Virus record (IMG/VR): IMGVR_UViG_3300015214_000034 | Location: 4,313-68,312 of that record | Direction: 5' to 3' (one strand) | Source of the DNA: a virus | Taxonomy: Duplodnaviria; Caudoviricetes | Length of the DNA stretch: 64,000 nucleotides | Shown here: piece after piece, positions 54,108 to 63,116 of the stretch | Numbering within the stretch: position 1 is the stretch's first letter | How the letters are laid out: each line of letters opens with the position of its first letter | The notes under the pieces: generated by a model | The model's database searches: none | What the model was told of the DNA's origin: nothing | What the model saw: the letters and a program-made list of their open reading frames with translations, nothing else | Translations under genes and position numbers: made by a program

Positions 54108-54643
54108 GCGGCCAGCCGATAAGGCAACGGCTCCTGATCGTCGGGGATGCGGGCCTTGCCCCGGGCCATGGGATGCTTCGGCGAGCCGCTGGCGTTCAGG
54201 CCGAGACAGATGAACTCCAGCCCGGCCGCTGCCTCGGCGAAGGGGCGCACGTCGTCGGCGTCCGCCAGATCTCCCCACGCGACCAGAACCGGGCTGTCCT
54301 GTTGCTGCGCGATGTCGAGGGCGTGCCCGAGCGCGGCGGCTTGCGCGTCGCCCCATCGCCTGGCCGGTGCCATCGAGCGGACGATGGCCGGGTCGCTGGA
54401 CCTGATCGAATGGAGATTGATCACCAGCACCCCGCCGTAGCCCCATCGACGCGCCCACCCGCACAGCCGCGAGATCGTCGGGTCGTCCTTGCGCTCGTCG
54501 GCCGTCGATGGGTTGAACATGACGACGACCAGCAGCGGGAGCGACCGGCTCCAGATGCGCCAGAGCCAGTAGCGGTGCGCGCGATCATCGGACAGCACAG
54601 CCCCGATGACGCTGGTCAGGTGGAAGGGGTGCGGGCCGTCCAT
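54104..54643 (-). CDS. DUF1643 family protein
   Basis: HRYWLWRIW; MFNPSTAD..KDDPT; VINL; VAWG; PKHP. Confidence 0.9.
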   Translation of the reverse strand: MDGPHPFHLTSVIGAVLSDDRAHRYWLWRIWSRSLPLLVVVMFNPSTADERKDDPTISRLCGWARRWGYGGVLVINLHSIRSSDPAIVRSMAPARRWGDAQAAALGHALDIAQQQDSPVLVAWGDLADADDVRPFAEAAAGLEFICLGLNASGSPKHPMARGKARIPDDQEPLPYRLAA

Positions 54644-55470
54644 CACAGCCCCGCCTCCGGCCGATATGGCGGGTGCTGGTTGCATCGCCGCCAGAACATC
54701 GCCTCGTCGCCGCGCATCAGGGCAAGGTGGGCGATCACGTCGTCGGTCGGGCACATCGCCCCGGCCCAACTGTCCGCGTAGTAGGCGATGGGGTGCATGC
54801 ACAGGCAGCACAGGATTCGCATCGACTCCTCGGGCCGACCGCCAGCCGCGCAGGCGACCGTCGGTTTCAGGCGGCGGAACAGATAGGTCACGCCGCTGCG
54901 CTTGCTCTTTTCGAGGAACATGCCGGTCAGGATATAGTGCTTCATCTGCCGGTGGCTGACCATTTCGCCGAGCAACTGGAGGGCGCGGTGTTCCTGCTCC
55001 AGCCCCCACGCATCACTGGCCCCGAGCGAGTTCAGATCGTGCTTGATATGGTGAAACGCCGGCAGCTTGCCGTGGACGATCTTGCCCTCGGGGTCGCGCA
55101 TGATCAGCACGTCGGCCCGGTGCCGGCTGCTATACCACCGATTGATCAGGGACCAGCCGGCGTCCTCGTCGCCCGGCTCCTTGCGGCCGATCTTCATCAG
55201 CCCCTCGGCGTTCGGATAGGTCGGCTCGATGATCAGGGGCAGGCCGTCGATGGGCATGGGGATGCCAGCCCACTCGGCGGTCTGATCGCCGATCTGTTTC
55301 AGGGCGTCGCGCAGGTGCGCGAAGCCGTCCAGTTCCCTAGCCGCCTGCCGTCCGCGCGACAGCGACCGCTCGCGTGCTGCTTGCCGGGACGCGCTCTGTC
55401 GTGCGGCGCTTTCCTCGGCGCGGCGTTGCTTTGCGGCTGCGCGGCGGCGCGCCTGTCGGTTCTTCGTCAT
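54643..55470 (-). CDS. Hypothetical protein with C-terminal Cys/His motif
   Basis: CCCACCACGGAGA RBS; LCMHP...CPTDDVIAH..DE..FW...NQH. Confidence 0.7.
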   Translation of the reverse strand: MTKNRQARRRAAAKQRRAEESAARQSASRQAARERSLSRGRQAARELDGFAHLRDALKQIGDQTAEWAGIPMPIDGLPLIIEPTYPNAEGLMKIGRKEPGDEDAGWSLINRWYSSRHRADVLIMRDPEGKIVHGKLPAFHHIKHDLNSLGASDAWGLEQEHRALQLLGEMVSHRQMKHYILTGMFLEKSKRSGVTYLFRRLKPTVACAAGGRPEESMRILCCLCMHPIAYYADSWAGAMCPTDDVIAHLALMRGDEAMFWRRCNQHPPYRPEAGL

Positions 55471-55726
55471 GGGCACTCTCCGTGGTGGGCAATTCAGTGA
55501 CGCCGGCCACGATATACTCGGCGGTCGATTCGTCGAAGTCATGAGCGCGCTTGTAAATCGCCTCGCCCTTTTCATCCTGGCCGACCTCGATCAGCAAGAC
55601 GAACCCGCGCCGGATCATGTCCTTGACGATCTGGGCGCTCCGGGCGACCTCATCGGGCTTGGTGGGGTCGAAGGTCAGCTTGGTATCGCCAGCCCCGACG
55701 TTCAGGATTCCGACTTCGCCTTTCAT
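55337..55726 (-). CDS. Hypothetical protein
   Basis: AGGAG RBS; basic C-terminal tail. Confidence 0.6.
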   Translation of the reverse strand: MKGEVGILNVGAGDTKLTFDPTKPDEVARSAQIVKDMIRRGFVLLIEVGQDEKGEAIYKRAHDFDESTAEYIVAGVTELPTTESAHDEEPTGAPPRSRKATPRRGKRRTTERVPASSTRAVAVARTAGG

Positions 55727-56166
55727 GGGTGCGCTCCTACTCGCTTGGCATTGACCCCGCGCTGGTCGGCCGGGTCGGTGATGATCTCGACGCCGTTGCG
55801 GTGGGGCGGCGCTCCCCATGTCTCGTGCACGGTGGACCGGCAATTGAAATGCTCGGGCGGCATGTTCATCGCCCGCCAGACCCGCTCCCGCTCCTTTCGG
55901 GCGAACTCGGCGAACATATCGGCTGTGCCGGTCGGCATTTCCGTGAACTCGATGTCGTCGATGGTGTAGCGGAACTCATCCCCCACCCGCTCGATACGAT
56001 AGGTGGCGGTCTTGTCCGGCCCGCTGGCCAGATCGAACCCCATGTGCACGGTGCCGGCCGCTCGGGGGATGAACGCCGTCGGCGGCTCCAGATCGGCGTG
56101 CTGGCAATCGCAGCCGACGCAGCGGGTGCCATAGAGCAAGGGGCCGTGCTTCGGGCAGCGGATCAT
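55723..56166 (-). CDS. Hypothetical protein
   Basis: CPKH..CVGC; GFDLASGPDKT. Confidence 0.55.
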   Translation of the reverse strand: MIRCPKHGPLLYGTRCVGCDCQHADLEPPTAFIPRAAGTVHMGFDLASGPDKTATYRIERVGDEFRYTIDDIEFTEMPTGTADMFAEFARKERERVWRAMNMPPEHFNCRSTVHETWGAPPHRNGVEIITDPADQRGVNAKRVGAHP

Positions 56167-56312
56167 CGCAGCACCCAATGGGCCAGCGCCCATCCGGCGA
56201 GCGCCCCGATGACCCCGGCGATGGACAGGTGGCACAGCGAGGCCGTGCCGTTCGCCCATGACGCCGCGACCAGCGCGCCAGCGGCCAGGATGGCCCATTG
56301 CACCTTCCACAT
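56163..56312 (-). CDS. Small membrane protein
   Basis: Two hydrophobic segments; GAGGAGGGGG RBS. Confidence 0.5.
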   Translation of the reverse strand: MWKVQWAILAAGALVAASWANGTASLCHLSIAGVIGALAGWALAHWVLR

Positions 56313-56323
56313 GGTCCCCCTCC

Positions 56324-56509
56324 TCATGCGCGCCTCGGCTCCAGCGGTGCCCGGCCAATCGCATTGCAACTGGCGCACATGAACCGGGCCTCAATATCGG
56401 ACAGCGTGGTGATGTCGATCCAGTCGTGGCCCGGGCCGAACTGGCAAGCGGCGATCTGGACGGGCGGCACCTGATCAACGTCGTCGGGGTCGATCCTGAT
56501 GTCGGTCAT
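56324..56509 (-). CDS. Small zinc-binding protein
   Basis: ACQFGPGHDW..MCASC. Confidence 0.55.
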   Translation of the reverse strand: MTDIRIDPDDVDQVPPVQIAACQFGPGHDWIDITTLSDIEARFMCASCNAIGRAPLEPRRA

Positions 56510-56781
56510 CCCCGCCCCCTTGCTTCGATCTCGTCCCCGAGCGGCGATGCAGTCCCGAGGCCGTGATAGCGGGCCTCGCAGAACAGCACGTCGGCCTCGG
56601 CCACCGGGATTTCAGGCGGGGGCGAACCGGGACGCCAGCCGGCGCGGGCATTGGCGCTGATCGACAGGGCTTGCTCGTGGGTGTAGCGGCCAGCCGCCTC
56701 GGCGTGGGTCGTATAGCCGGCGCTGCCCGGTCGCCACCATGCCATGTGTTCGTTCGACCAGATCAGGTAGGCCCCGCTCAC
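56506..56781 (-). CDS. Hypothetical protein
   Basis: YLIWSNEH.AWWRP...GYT....AGRY...A phage motif. Confidence 0.65.
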   Translation of the reverse strand: MSGAYLIWSNEHMAWWRPGSAGYTTHAEAAGRYTHEQALSISANARAGWRPGSPPPEIPVAEADVLFCEARYHGLGTASPLGDEIEARGRG

Positions 56782-57041
56782 GCCGCACCGTCCATGGGGC
56801 CGTTCAGGTCGGCCAGTGCCGAGGCGTTCCCGATTTCGATGTTGTTGGCCACGATGTCCATGGCCATCGAAGGCGTCATGCGGCGCTGGTCCTGCTGGGC
56901 GATCAGCATCCCGACGAACTGCGCCGTGACGGCCAGCAGTTCGGCAGCGTCGATGTCCCGGCCGCTGTTGCCGAGCGCGGCCTTGAGTTCGTTCAGGTAG
57001 GCGGTGTGGCGCGCGTCGGGCGCAACCGATCTGTGTCCCAT
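56778..57041 (-). CDS. Hypothetical protein
   Basis: CCCACCACCACGGAAAGG RBS. Confidence 0.65.
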   Translation of the reverse strand: MGHRSVAPDARHTAYLNELKAALGNSGRDIDAAELLAVTAQFVGMLIAQQDQRRMTPSMAMDIVANNIEIGNASALADLNGPMDGAA

Positions 57042-57094
57042 AGTCGAGTCCTTTCCGTGGTGGTGGGCCGGGCAGCATTGCCACCCGGGCTGAT

Positions 57095-57325
57095 CTAAAG
57101 CAATTGGCCCTGCGGCGGGTCGGGTGGCGATCGAGGCTCGGCGAACGGCTGGTCGGGCGGCTTCGGGCTGGCCAGCTTGTCGCATGGCCCGCACCGCCAA
57201 GGCCCTCCCATCCCGTCCTTGCTGAACGATGGGTGCGGCGCACCGCAATCGGCGCACTTGTCCGGCTTCCACGGCTTGAACGGCTCCGGCTTTCGGGCCT
57301 GATCTTGCCAGCGGTCGCGCCCCAT
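57095..57325 (-). CDS. Small zinc-finger protein
   Basis: CADCG...WRCGPC. Confidence 0.55.
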   Translation of the reverse strand: MGRDRWQDQARKPEPFKPWKPDKCADCGAPHPSFSKDGMGGPWRCGPCDKLASPKPPDQPFAEPRSPPDPPQGQLL

Positions 57326-57438
57326 CAGGACACCAGCCACCGGATGCCGGCGATGATGCCGGCCCACAGCAGGAGGGTGACGGGGAGGCCATAGGCCAGC
57401 CCGCGCCAGATTTCCGGTGGGACCGGCAACTTGCTCAT
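57325..57438 (-). CDS. Small membrane peptide
   Basis: IWRGLAYGLPVTLLLWAGII. Confidence 0.55.
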   Translation of the reverse strand: MSKLPVPPEIWRGLAYGLPVTLLLWAGIIAGIRWLVS

Positions 57439-57914
57439 TGCATCGTCATCACGGATTCGGGGCGCGCCCGGGCGACGAACTGCGGGCGGGTGTCGGTCGG
57501 CGCATAGCCCCATTGCCGGAGTTGCTGCGCCAGCCCGGGCAGGCCACCGGGCCAGAACATCGGCTTGCCGACCGGGCCGTGGTTCTTGCCGTCGATGTAA
57601 TCGTTCAGCCACCGCTCCATGCCCTTCGTCTCGGGCGTGACGATCCGGGTATTCAGCATCCGCAACAGCCGGACGCACAGCATGGCGAGCATGAACTGGC
57701 CGGCGAACTGTTGGGCGTCCTGCAAGATCTGCGCGGCGGGCGGACAGCCTGGCAGGTAATGGCCGCGCTCGTTCAGCAGGTGCAAGATCGCCCCCGACAG
57801 ATGGTCCTCGGTCCCGGCCATCGGATTCGAGACGCGCAATAGCTCGCGCAGTTCATCGCGCAGCGGCGGCACCGCCTGTTCCTCGGGCGCGCTGGCCCCG
57901 TTCTGATCATCCAT
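57435..57914 (-). CDS. Hypothetical protein
   Basis: AAGGAGA RBS. Confidence 0.6.
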   Translation of the reverse strand: MDDQNGASAPEEQAVPPLRDELRELLRVSNPMAGTEDHLSGAILHLLNERGHYLPGCPPAAQILQDAQQFAGQFMLAMLCVRLLRMLNTRIVTPETKGMERWLNDYIDGKNHGPVGKPMFWPGGLPGLAQQLRQWGYAPTDTRPQFVARARPESVMTMQ

Positions 57915-58362
57915 GTTCTTTCTCCTTGGCGGGCACATACAGGAACCCATTGACGGTGACAGGCTCCCCCGGGTCGAATCGAGGGTCGCCGGTCGTGATG
58001 CGGAAAGCGCCCAGATCGGCAACGCCCTCGGTGCGCCATGGCACAGGCCGGGCCAGTTCCTCGGCCGCGCGGTCAAAGCTGGCGTGATCGACGCCCTTGA
58101 TCAGATCGCCGTCCACCATGCCCTCGCTGATCTCGCGCAGCGCCTCGGCCGGGTTGATATCGGTCAGCAGCCCGCACTGGCGCGCGTTCATCACCAGCAG
58201 CAAGCCGCGATCATCCTCGACGGCGTAGCGCACCGCCCCCGACCGCTTGACGATCACCGCCCTGATTTCGCCGTCGAACTCATAGTCGCCTCCCCGCTTG
58301 GCCACGGCCCGGCCGATCAGCCCGGCCTCGTGCGCGCGCGCGTGCGCGTGGATGTTGCTCAT
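57907..58362 (-). CDS. Hypothetical protein
   Basis: KRGGDYEFDGEIRAV...R..VE. Confidence 0.6.
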   Translation of the reverse strand: MSNIHAHARAHEAGLIGRAVAKRGGDYEFDGEIRAVIVKRSGAVRYAVEDDRGLLLVMNARQCGLLTDINPAEALREISEGMVDGDLIKGVDHASFDRAAEELARPVPWRTEGVADLGAFRITTGDPRFDPGEPVTVNGFLYVPAKEKEHG

Positions 58363-58519
58363 TGCCCTGTCCTTTCATGCTGGCGGCCCGCCCTTTTCCG
58401 TCCCGCCTTGGTTGGTTGCCTGTCGCCCTTCGGGGCTTTGCCCCCTTGCTCGGTCCCCTTGGGGTCTGTTCCCTCCCCCCGGGCTTCCCTTACCTTTGCC
58501 CTGTTCCAGCGCGGTCCCC

Positions 58520-59059
58520 TCATGGCGTGAGGGCGTCAATGTTGGCGAGGGTCGCGGCGAATGTCAGGGCGACGATGGGAGGCGCTTCGGCGAACCGCTC
58601 TCCCTCCTGATCGTGCAGGCTGTCCCACAGCTTACCGAAGGCGAACACCGGATCGTTCCACCAATCGGGCGCATCGACATCATGGGTCCAGCCGGAGCCG
58701 TTCGGCTGGTAGATGCCCTCGGCAATAGCGTCGGCCGCACTGATCTGGTTCACCGGCTCAAAGCGCACATCGGTTACGGCGAGCGTGATGCGGGACCAAG
58801 CGCGCGGCATGTGGATCGACGGACGCCAGCGAGTGACCAAACTATCAGGGCCATCGGCACGGAAAGCGAGCCATTTAGGCTCCCGGTCCTTGACCGTGTA
58901 TTTTGCGGCTGTTTCCCGCACCCATAGCCTGTCCCCGGGCAGGGCCTTGGCCAGCGGAGACGAGGCCAACCGGCGCGTCTGGGTCTTGCGGCCGGCCAGG
59001 ATGGCGCGGACCATGGGGGCAGAGAAGATTATTCCTCGGTCGATGGGTTCTCGGGGCAC
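58520..59059 (-). CDS. ASCH/PUA-like domain protein
   Basis: IIFSAPMVRAILAGRKTQTRR; GDRLWVRET; WRPSIHMPR.WSRITL. Confidence 0.85.
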   Translation of the reverse strand: MPREPIDRGIIFSAPMVRAILAGRKTQTRRLASSPLAKALPGDRLWVRETAAKYTVKDREPKWLAFRADGPDSLVTRWRPSIHMPRAWSRITLAVTDVRFEPVNQISAADAIAEGIYQPNGSGWTHDVDAPDWWNDPVFAFGKLWDSLHDQEGERFAEAPPIVALTFAATLANIDALTP

Positions 59060-59718
59060 TCGGGTTCCTCCTGTGGTGGGGCAATCGGGATGCGGCGGAT
59101 CAGCCACAGCTTGTCGGGTTCGCGGTGAAGCATCCCTTGGGTGGCGGCGATGCGCTTCCACCCCTCGGGCCAGCCATCGACCTCCTCTTGCTCGATCTGA
59201 TCAAACCGGAGCCGGCGAAGGGCGTCGTCCATCCGGGCCTGCCGCTCCCGCTGGACCAGATTGCGGGCGCGGGCGCGCTCCCGGGCGTCGCGCCGCTCCC
59301 ATTCGCCAGCGATTTCGAGGCACTCGGCGATGGTCGGGAACCAGCGGCACCGTTCGAGGATGGCGTTGCACAGGAAGTCGATCTGTTCCTGCGGCATGTG
59401 CCCTAGCTTCTTGCGATAGGCCGCGAGCATCAGCTTGCCGCTGGCGTCATCGCTGTTGCGCCGGGGCAGGGCCGCGTCCAGCACGGCAACCGACTGGTTC
59501 AGGTGCTTCTCGCTGACAGGCGGGAGCGCGGGCAACGGGGCGTCGGCGATGGCGACCAGCGCGTTCAAGGCCGCGTCGTCCAGCCGTGGAAAAAGCGGAT
59601 CAGTCGTCGCCGGGAGGCTGGCCTCCGGGGAAAACTTCACCGTGGATAGCGCGCGTGAAGCCATCTCGCCGATCTGGCGCGGCCCGCCTTCCCTGTCCTT
59701 GTCCTTGTCCTCGTCCAT
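59029..59718 (-). CDS. Replication protein, helicase-loader-like
   Basis: Follows initiator; CRWFPTIAEC. Confidence 0.6.
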   Translation of the reverse strand: MDEDKDKDREGGPRQIGEMASRALSTVKFSPEASLPATTDPLFPRLDDAALNALVAIADAPLPALPPVSEKHLNQSVAVLDAALPRRNSDDASGKLMLAAYRKKLGHMPQEQIDFLCNAILERCRWFPTIAECLEIAGEWERRDARERARARNLVQRERQARMDDALRRLRFDQIEQEEVDGWPEGWKRIAATQGMLHREPDKLWLIRRIPIAPPQEEPECPENPSTEE

Positions 59719-60454
59719 TGCTCTCATCCTTGAGCGGGAAAACGCCCCGCCATCCTTCGACTATCGACTGGTCGATCACAGCGGCCGGGTCGTGACCGCG
59801 CTCGTTCCAGATTTTCTCCAACTTGCCGACGATCAGTTCCTCGGCGCGCTTGGTCATCGGGTGTTTCAGCTTGGTCCGATGTTCGCGAAAGGCCTTCATG
59901 GCCGCGCCCGGGACCGAAAAGATCAGATCGCCGGCATCGCCATCGCCACCCCCCCCAAGGGGGGCAGGGGGGTCTCCACCGTTAGGTGGAGTCTGGTTCT
60001 GATTCTGGTTCTGATTCTGGTTCTGATTCTGGTTGTCATTGGGAGTGGCATTGGGTGAGCCATTAGGTGTCCCATTGGGTGAGCCATTGGCTGACCCATC
60101 TGACCCATTGTCAGACCAGCGTTTTTTCGCGCCTTTCTGTCCGCCTTTTCGACGCTTTTCGAGCGAGTCTTGCGCCAGTTGCGCCTCTGTCAGTGCCCGC
60201 GCGGAAAATACGGAGCCGCCATGGGTGCGGTCTATCTTGCCCAAATGGCCGACCAACAGATCAAGGTCACGTCGCCATTCCGGGTTGCGGCCGAGGGCGA
60301 TTTCAAACAGGGCCTCGGGCAGCGGTTCGCCCTTGTCCCAATTGTGGATGCAAATCTGCAAATAGGTCCATTCGACGCTAATCGGCAGGCCAGCGACGCC
60401 GGCTTTCCAATCGGTCGGGAAAAACCGGACATAGGGGGCGCGTTCGGCGCTCAT
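59600..60454 (-). CDS. Replication initiator (YdaU/DUF1376-like)
   Basis: PYVRFFPTDW..G...L...Y; internal NQ and GSPN repeats; AMKAFREHR.K.K.PMT..A; SI..GWRGVF. Confidence 0.85.
   Translation of the reverse strand: MSAERAPYVRFFPTDWKAGVAGLPISVEWTYLQICIHNWDKGEPLPEALFEIALGRNPEWRRDLDLLVGHLGKIDRTHGGSVFSARALTEAQLAQDSLEKRRKGGQKGAKKRWSDNGSDGSANGSPNGTPNGSPNATPNDNQNQNQNQNQNQNQTPPNGGDPPAPLGGGGDGDAGDLIFSVPGAAMKAFREHRTKLKHPMTKRAEELIVGKLEKIWNERGHDPAAVIDQSIVEGWRGVFPLKDESNGRGQGQGQGRRAAPDRRDGFTRAIHGEVFPGGQPPGDD
59992..60117. repeat. 12-bp tandem repeats within the initiator gene (candidate origin iterons)
   Basis: 3x TCTGGTTCTGAT (59992-60027) then about 7 CATT(G/A)G-type units at mostly 12-bp spacing (60037-60117). 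Confidence 0.75.
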
Positions 60455-60596
60455 AGCGTGTTGCGCGGCATATCGCCGCAGACTAGGTAATCTTGCACTG
60501 GCGCTCCTCCTGCGAGCGTTCGGGGGCCGGGGGGGCCTGATCCGCCTCCCCGGCTCGATGGTTGGCCCGCCACCTTGAGTCGGAGCAACAGGCCAG

Positions 60597-61283
60597 TCAC
60601 TTTTTCTTCTCCAGCTTTGCGCGCTCATCGCGAGCCATCGCCGCCTCGATCAACTGGCGCTGGCGGGGCGACCAGCCGGATAGGTCGGGCATGACGCGCG
60701 GCGAGGCCGAGAGAACGGCGGCGTCCGATTTCGACTTAGACGGATTTGATTTCCGGGGCTTTCCGGGGCGCAGGGGCAGCGTCTCTTGCTGCGCCTTTTC
60801 TGCCCGCCTCTGGCCCGGAGTGGGCGGGACATCGGGACTATCGAGCGGCTCGAACGAGATCTCCAGCCTGGCCGGGGTTCCATAGCGCTTCATGCCGCCG
60901 CCCATGACTTGCTGATCGTCCGCGAAGGCGACCCCGTTCAGGGCGTCCACGATCAACTTCTCGATATTGTCCTTGTCGGGCTTCTTGACCGCGTAGAGCT
61001 TGCCGCGAGCAGCGGCCTCGCGCAGCGCCTTGTTGAACGAACGCGGCGTCTCGAACACGGCGGTGAAGCGGAGCAGGACTGGCCCGGTGAAGGGCTTGTG
61101 GCGGGGGAACGCCCGGCGAAAGGCCTCGCGCACGACGGCCTCGGCCTCCTTGGTATCAGGCGGCGTGATCAGGCTGACCACGGCCTCCGGCTCACCGTCT
61201 TTCCAGACGATTCGCGGGACGGCGCGCGGCCTACCCTTGCCCTTCGGTTCCCCCGGGACGCTGAATGCAACGCGGCGTGACAA
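60597..61283 (-). CDS. rusA: RusA-like Holliday junction resolvase
   Basis: FSVPGEPKGKGRPR; KKPDKDNIEKLIVDALNGVAFADDQQV. Confidence 0.88.
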   Translation of the reverse strand: MSRRVAFSVPGEPKGKGRPRAVPRIVWKDGEPEAVVSLITPPDTKEAEAVVREAFRRAFPRHKPFTGPVLLRFTAVFETPRSFNKALREAAARGKLYAVKKPDKDNIEKLIVDALNGVAFADDQQVMGGGMKRYGTPARLEISFEPLDSPDVPPTPGQRRAEKAQQETLPLRPGKPRKSNPSKSKSDAAVLSASPRVMPDLSGWSPRQRQLIEAAMARDERAKLEKKK

Positions 61284-61284
61284 T

Positions 61285-61542
61285 TCAGGCCGCGATGCGC
61301 TGCTTGTCAAGCCACGCCAGCAGATCGCCGAACGTGCCCTTGTCGAAGATCTTCTCGGAGTCGGTGTCGTCCATTTCGACCCCGAACTCCTCCTCGGTCG
61401 CCATGCACAGTTCCACGCTGTCGAGGCTGTCGCAGCCCAGATCATCGACGAAGCTGGCGTCGGTGGTGATGCGGTCGGGATCGACGCCTAGATGCTCCAG
61501 CACCATCTTGTGCGCCCGCTGTTCGATTAACTTGTCGGCCAT
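61285..61542 (-). CDS. acpP: Acyl carrier protein homolog
   Basis: [35 protein letters not shown]; intact DSL serine; CCCACCAAGGAGG RBS. Confidence 0.88.
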   Translation of the reverse strand: MADKLIEQRAHKMVLEHLGVDPDRITTDASFVDDLGCDSLDSVELCMATEEEFGVEMDDTDSEKIFDKGTFGDLLAWLDKQRIAA

Positions 61543-61607
61543 GCTTTCCTCCTTGGTGGGTCCATCGTCGGGGAGGAGGTTGCCCCCCTCCCTCCCGGGG
61601 AACCACG

Positions 61608-62225
61608 TCAGTCGTCGTCGTCCCCGCCATCGCCCTCAAAGCCGAAGTCCGGCTCGTCGGGATCGGTCGAGGCCTCGCGGCCCTCGCCGGTATAGTCGTC
61701 GGCGCTGGCGCGGGTCAGCATGACGTGCTTGCCGATGGCACGGTGAAGCTGAAGGACCGCGCGATCCTCCTCGTCCTCGCCGAACGTCTTGACCTTGCCG
61801 CTGATCACGATGTCGGTGCCCATGTTGACCTTGGTCAGCAGGACGCGGATCGACTGGACGCCATTGCTGGCGATGGCCTCGGCCACCTTGCGGACCAGTT
61901 CCTTCGCGGCGTGTTCGCAGGCGGCGGCGACATCGCGCTGTTCAGCCTGGCTCGTTCCCGACCACGGTTTCGGGCGGGCTTTGATCGTTTCCAGCAGGAA
62001 GTCGCGGACATCGAACACCAGTTCGTCGGTGCCGAGATCGAGTTCATCGACCATGTTCTCCATGCGGTCGATGGCCGTGGTGTGTTCGGCCTCGGTGTCC
62101 CACCCGGTCCCTTCCTGCTCGCCAGCATCAGCGGCGTAATCGGGCAGGGCTTCGCCGCTGCCGTCTCCTTCGATCTGGGCGACATCGCCCTCGGCGGCCG
62201 GGGTGGCCCCCTTCTTAGCTGCCAT
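61608..62225 (-). CDS. Acidic hypothetical protein
   Basis: Strong RBS. Confidence 0.65.
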   Translation of the reverse strand: MAAKKGATPAAEGDVAQIEGDGSGEALPDYAADAGEQEGTGWDTEAEHTTAIDRMENMVDELDLGTDELVFDVRDFLLETIKARPKPWSGTSQAEQRDVAAACEHAAKELVRKVAEAIASNGVQSIRVLLTKVNMGTDIVISGKVKTFGEDEEDRAVLQLHRAIGKHVMLTRASADDYTGEGREASTDPDEPDFGFEGDGGDDDD

Positions 62226-62898
62226 CTTCGTTCTCCTTTCGTGGTTTGACCCGCAGAGGCGGGTCCGGGAAATGGCCCGGCGAGAGCCATATCGTCTCGC
62301 TACGCCAGCGATGCGGCCGGGTGAACACCAGCGCGCAATAATCGGCCATCCCGCCCTCGAACGGGCTGGCCATTGTGTCCATCAGATGCCCGGGCGGCAT
62401 CGTGTGCCGCTCCCGATAGATGCAGGTATGCGACGGCTTCCAGCGGCCGGCGAACTTGTTGTCGCGCCAGCGGTCCTGCGAGGCGAGGAAAGCAATCGGC
62501 AAGATGAAGGCGGCGCGCCGGACATTGAAGCGATCGAGGACCGTCGCGATGATCAACTCGGCGATGTCCGGCTCATAGCTGTAGGGCGGATTACAGATCA
62601 CCGATGTCTCGCGCCCGGCCCACATCGGCATTCGCGTGATCTGGTTCAGGATATTGCCGCGCATGAACTTATGGCGCGGCTTCCTGTCGATGACATCGGA
62701 GCCGATGGTCGGGTGGCCGTATCGCTTGGCGACATCGAGAATATTGCCGCGCCCACAGCAGGGGTCCCAAATCAGGTCGTCGCCGAAATCGACGCCGTGC
62801 ATCAACTGTTCGACGACGCGCGGGCTTTCGCAATACCAGTCGTAGGGGGCGCGGTCCCATTTCTTAGATCGGGCACCCCCGGCAGGACGATTTACCAT
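62215..62898 (-). CDS. N6-adenine-type DNA methyltransferase
   Basis: YDWY; IWDPCCGRG (motif I); VICNPPY (motif IV). Confidence 0.8.
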   Translation of the reverse strand: MVNRPAGGARSKKWDRAPYDWYCESPRVVEQLMHGVDFGDDLIWDPCCGRGNILDVAKRYGHPTIGSDVIDRKPRHKFMRGNILNQITRMPMWAGRETSVICNPPYSYEPDIAELIIATVLDRFNVRRAAFILPIAFLASQDRWRDNKFAGRWKPSHTCIYRERHTMPPGHLMDTMASPFEGGMADYCALVFTRPHRWRSETIWLSPGHFPDPPLRVKPRKENEDGS

Positions 62899-63116
62899 TA
62901 TTTCTCCCCGGCCGCCGCCTGGCGGTTCTGTTTCTCATACCAGTCGAGGGCCTCCTCGACGCGGCCTAGCGTCTTTGCCCTGATGGTGCCCCGGGACTTA
63001 GCCCGCGACCATGTTGATTCGGCGACCCCCGCGATGCGGAGAACGTCTTTCATGGTCAGGCGGGCCGCGAAAGCGCGGTCCTGAACCGCTTGCATCTGTT
63101 CGGCTGGTGTCGGCAT
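62898..63116 (-). CDS. Cro-like HTH regulator
   Basis: TMKDVLRIAGVAESTWSRAK; first gene of leftward operon. Confidence 0.75.
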   Translation of the reverse strand: MPTPAEQMQAVQDRAFAARLTMKDVLRIAGVAESTWSRAKSRGTIRAKTLGRVEEALDWYEKQNRQAAAGEK

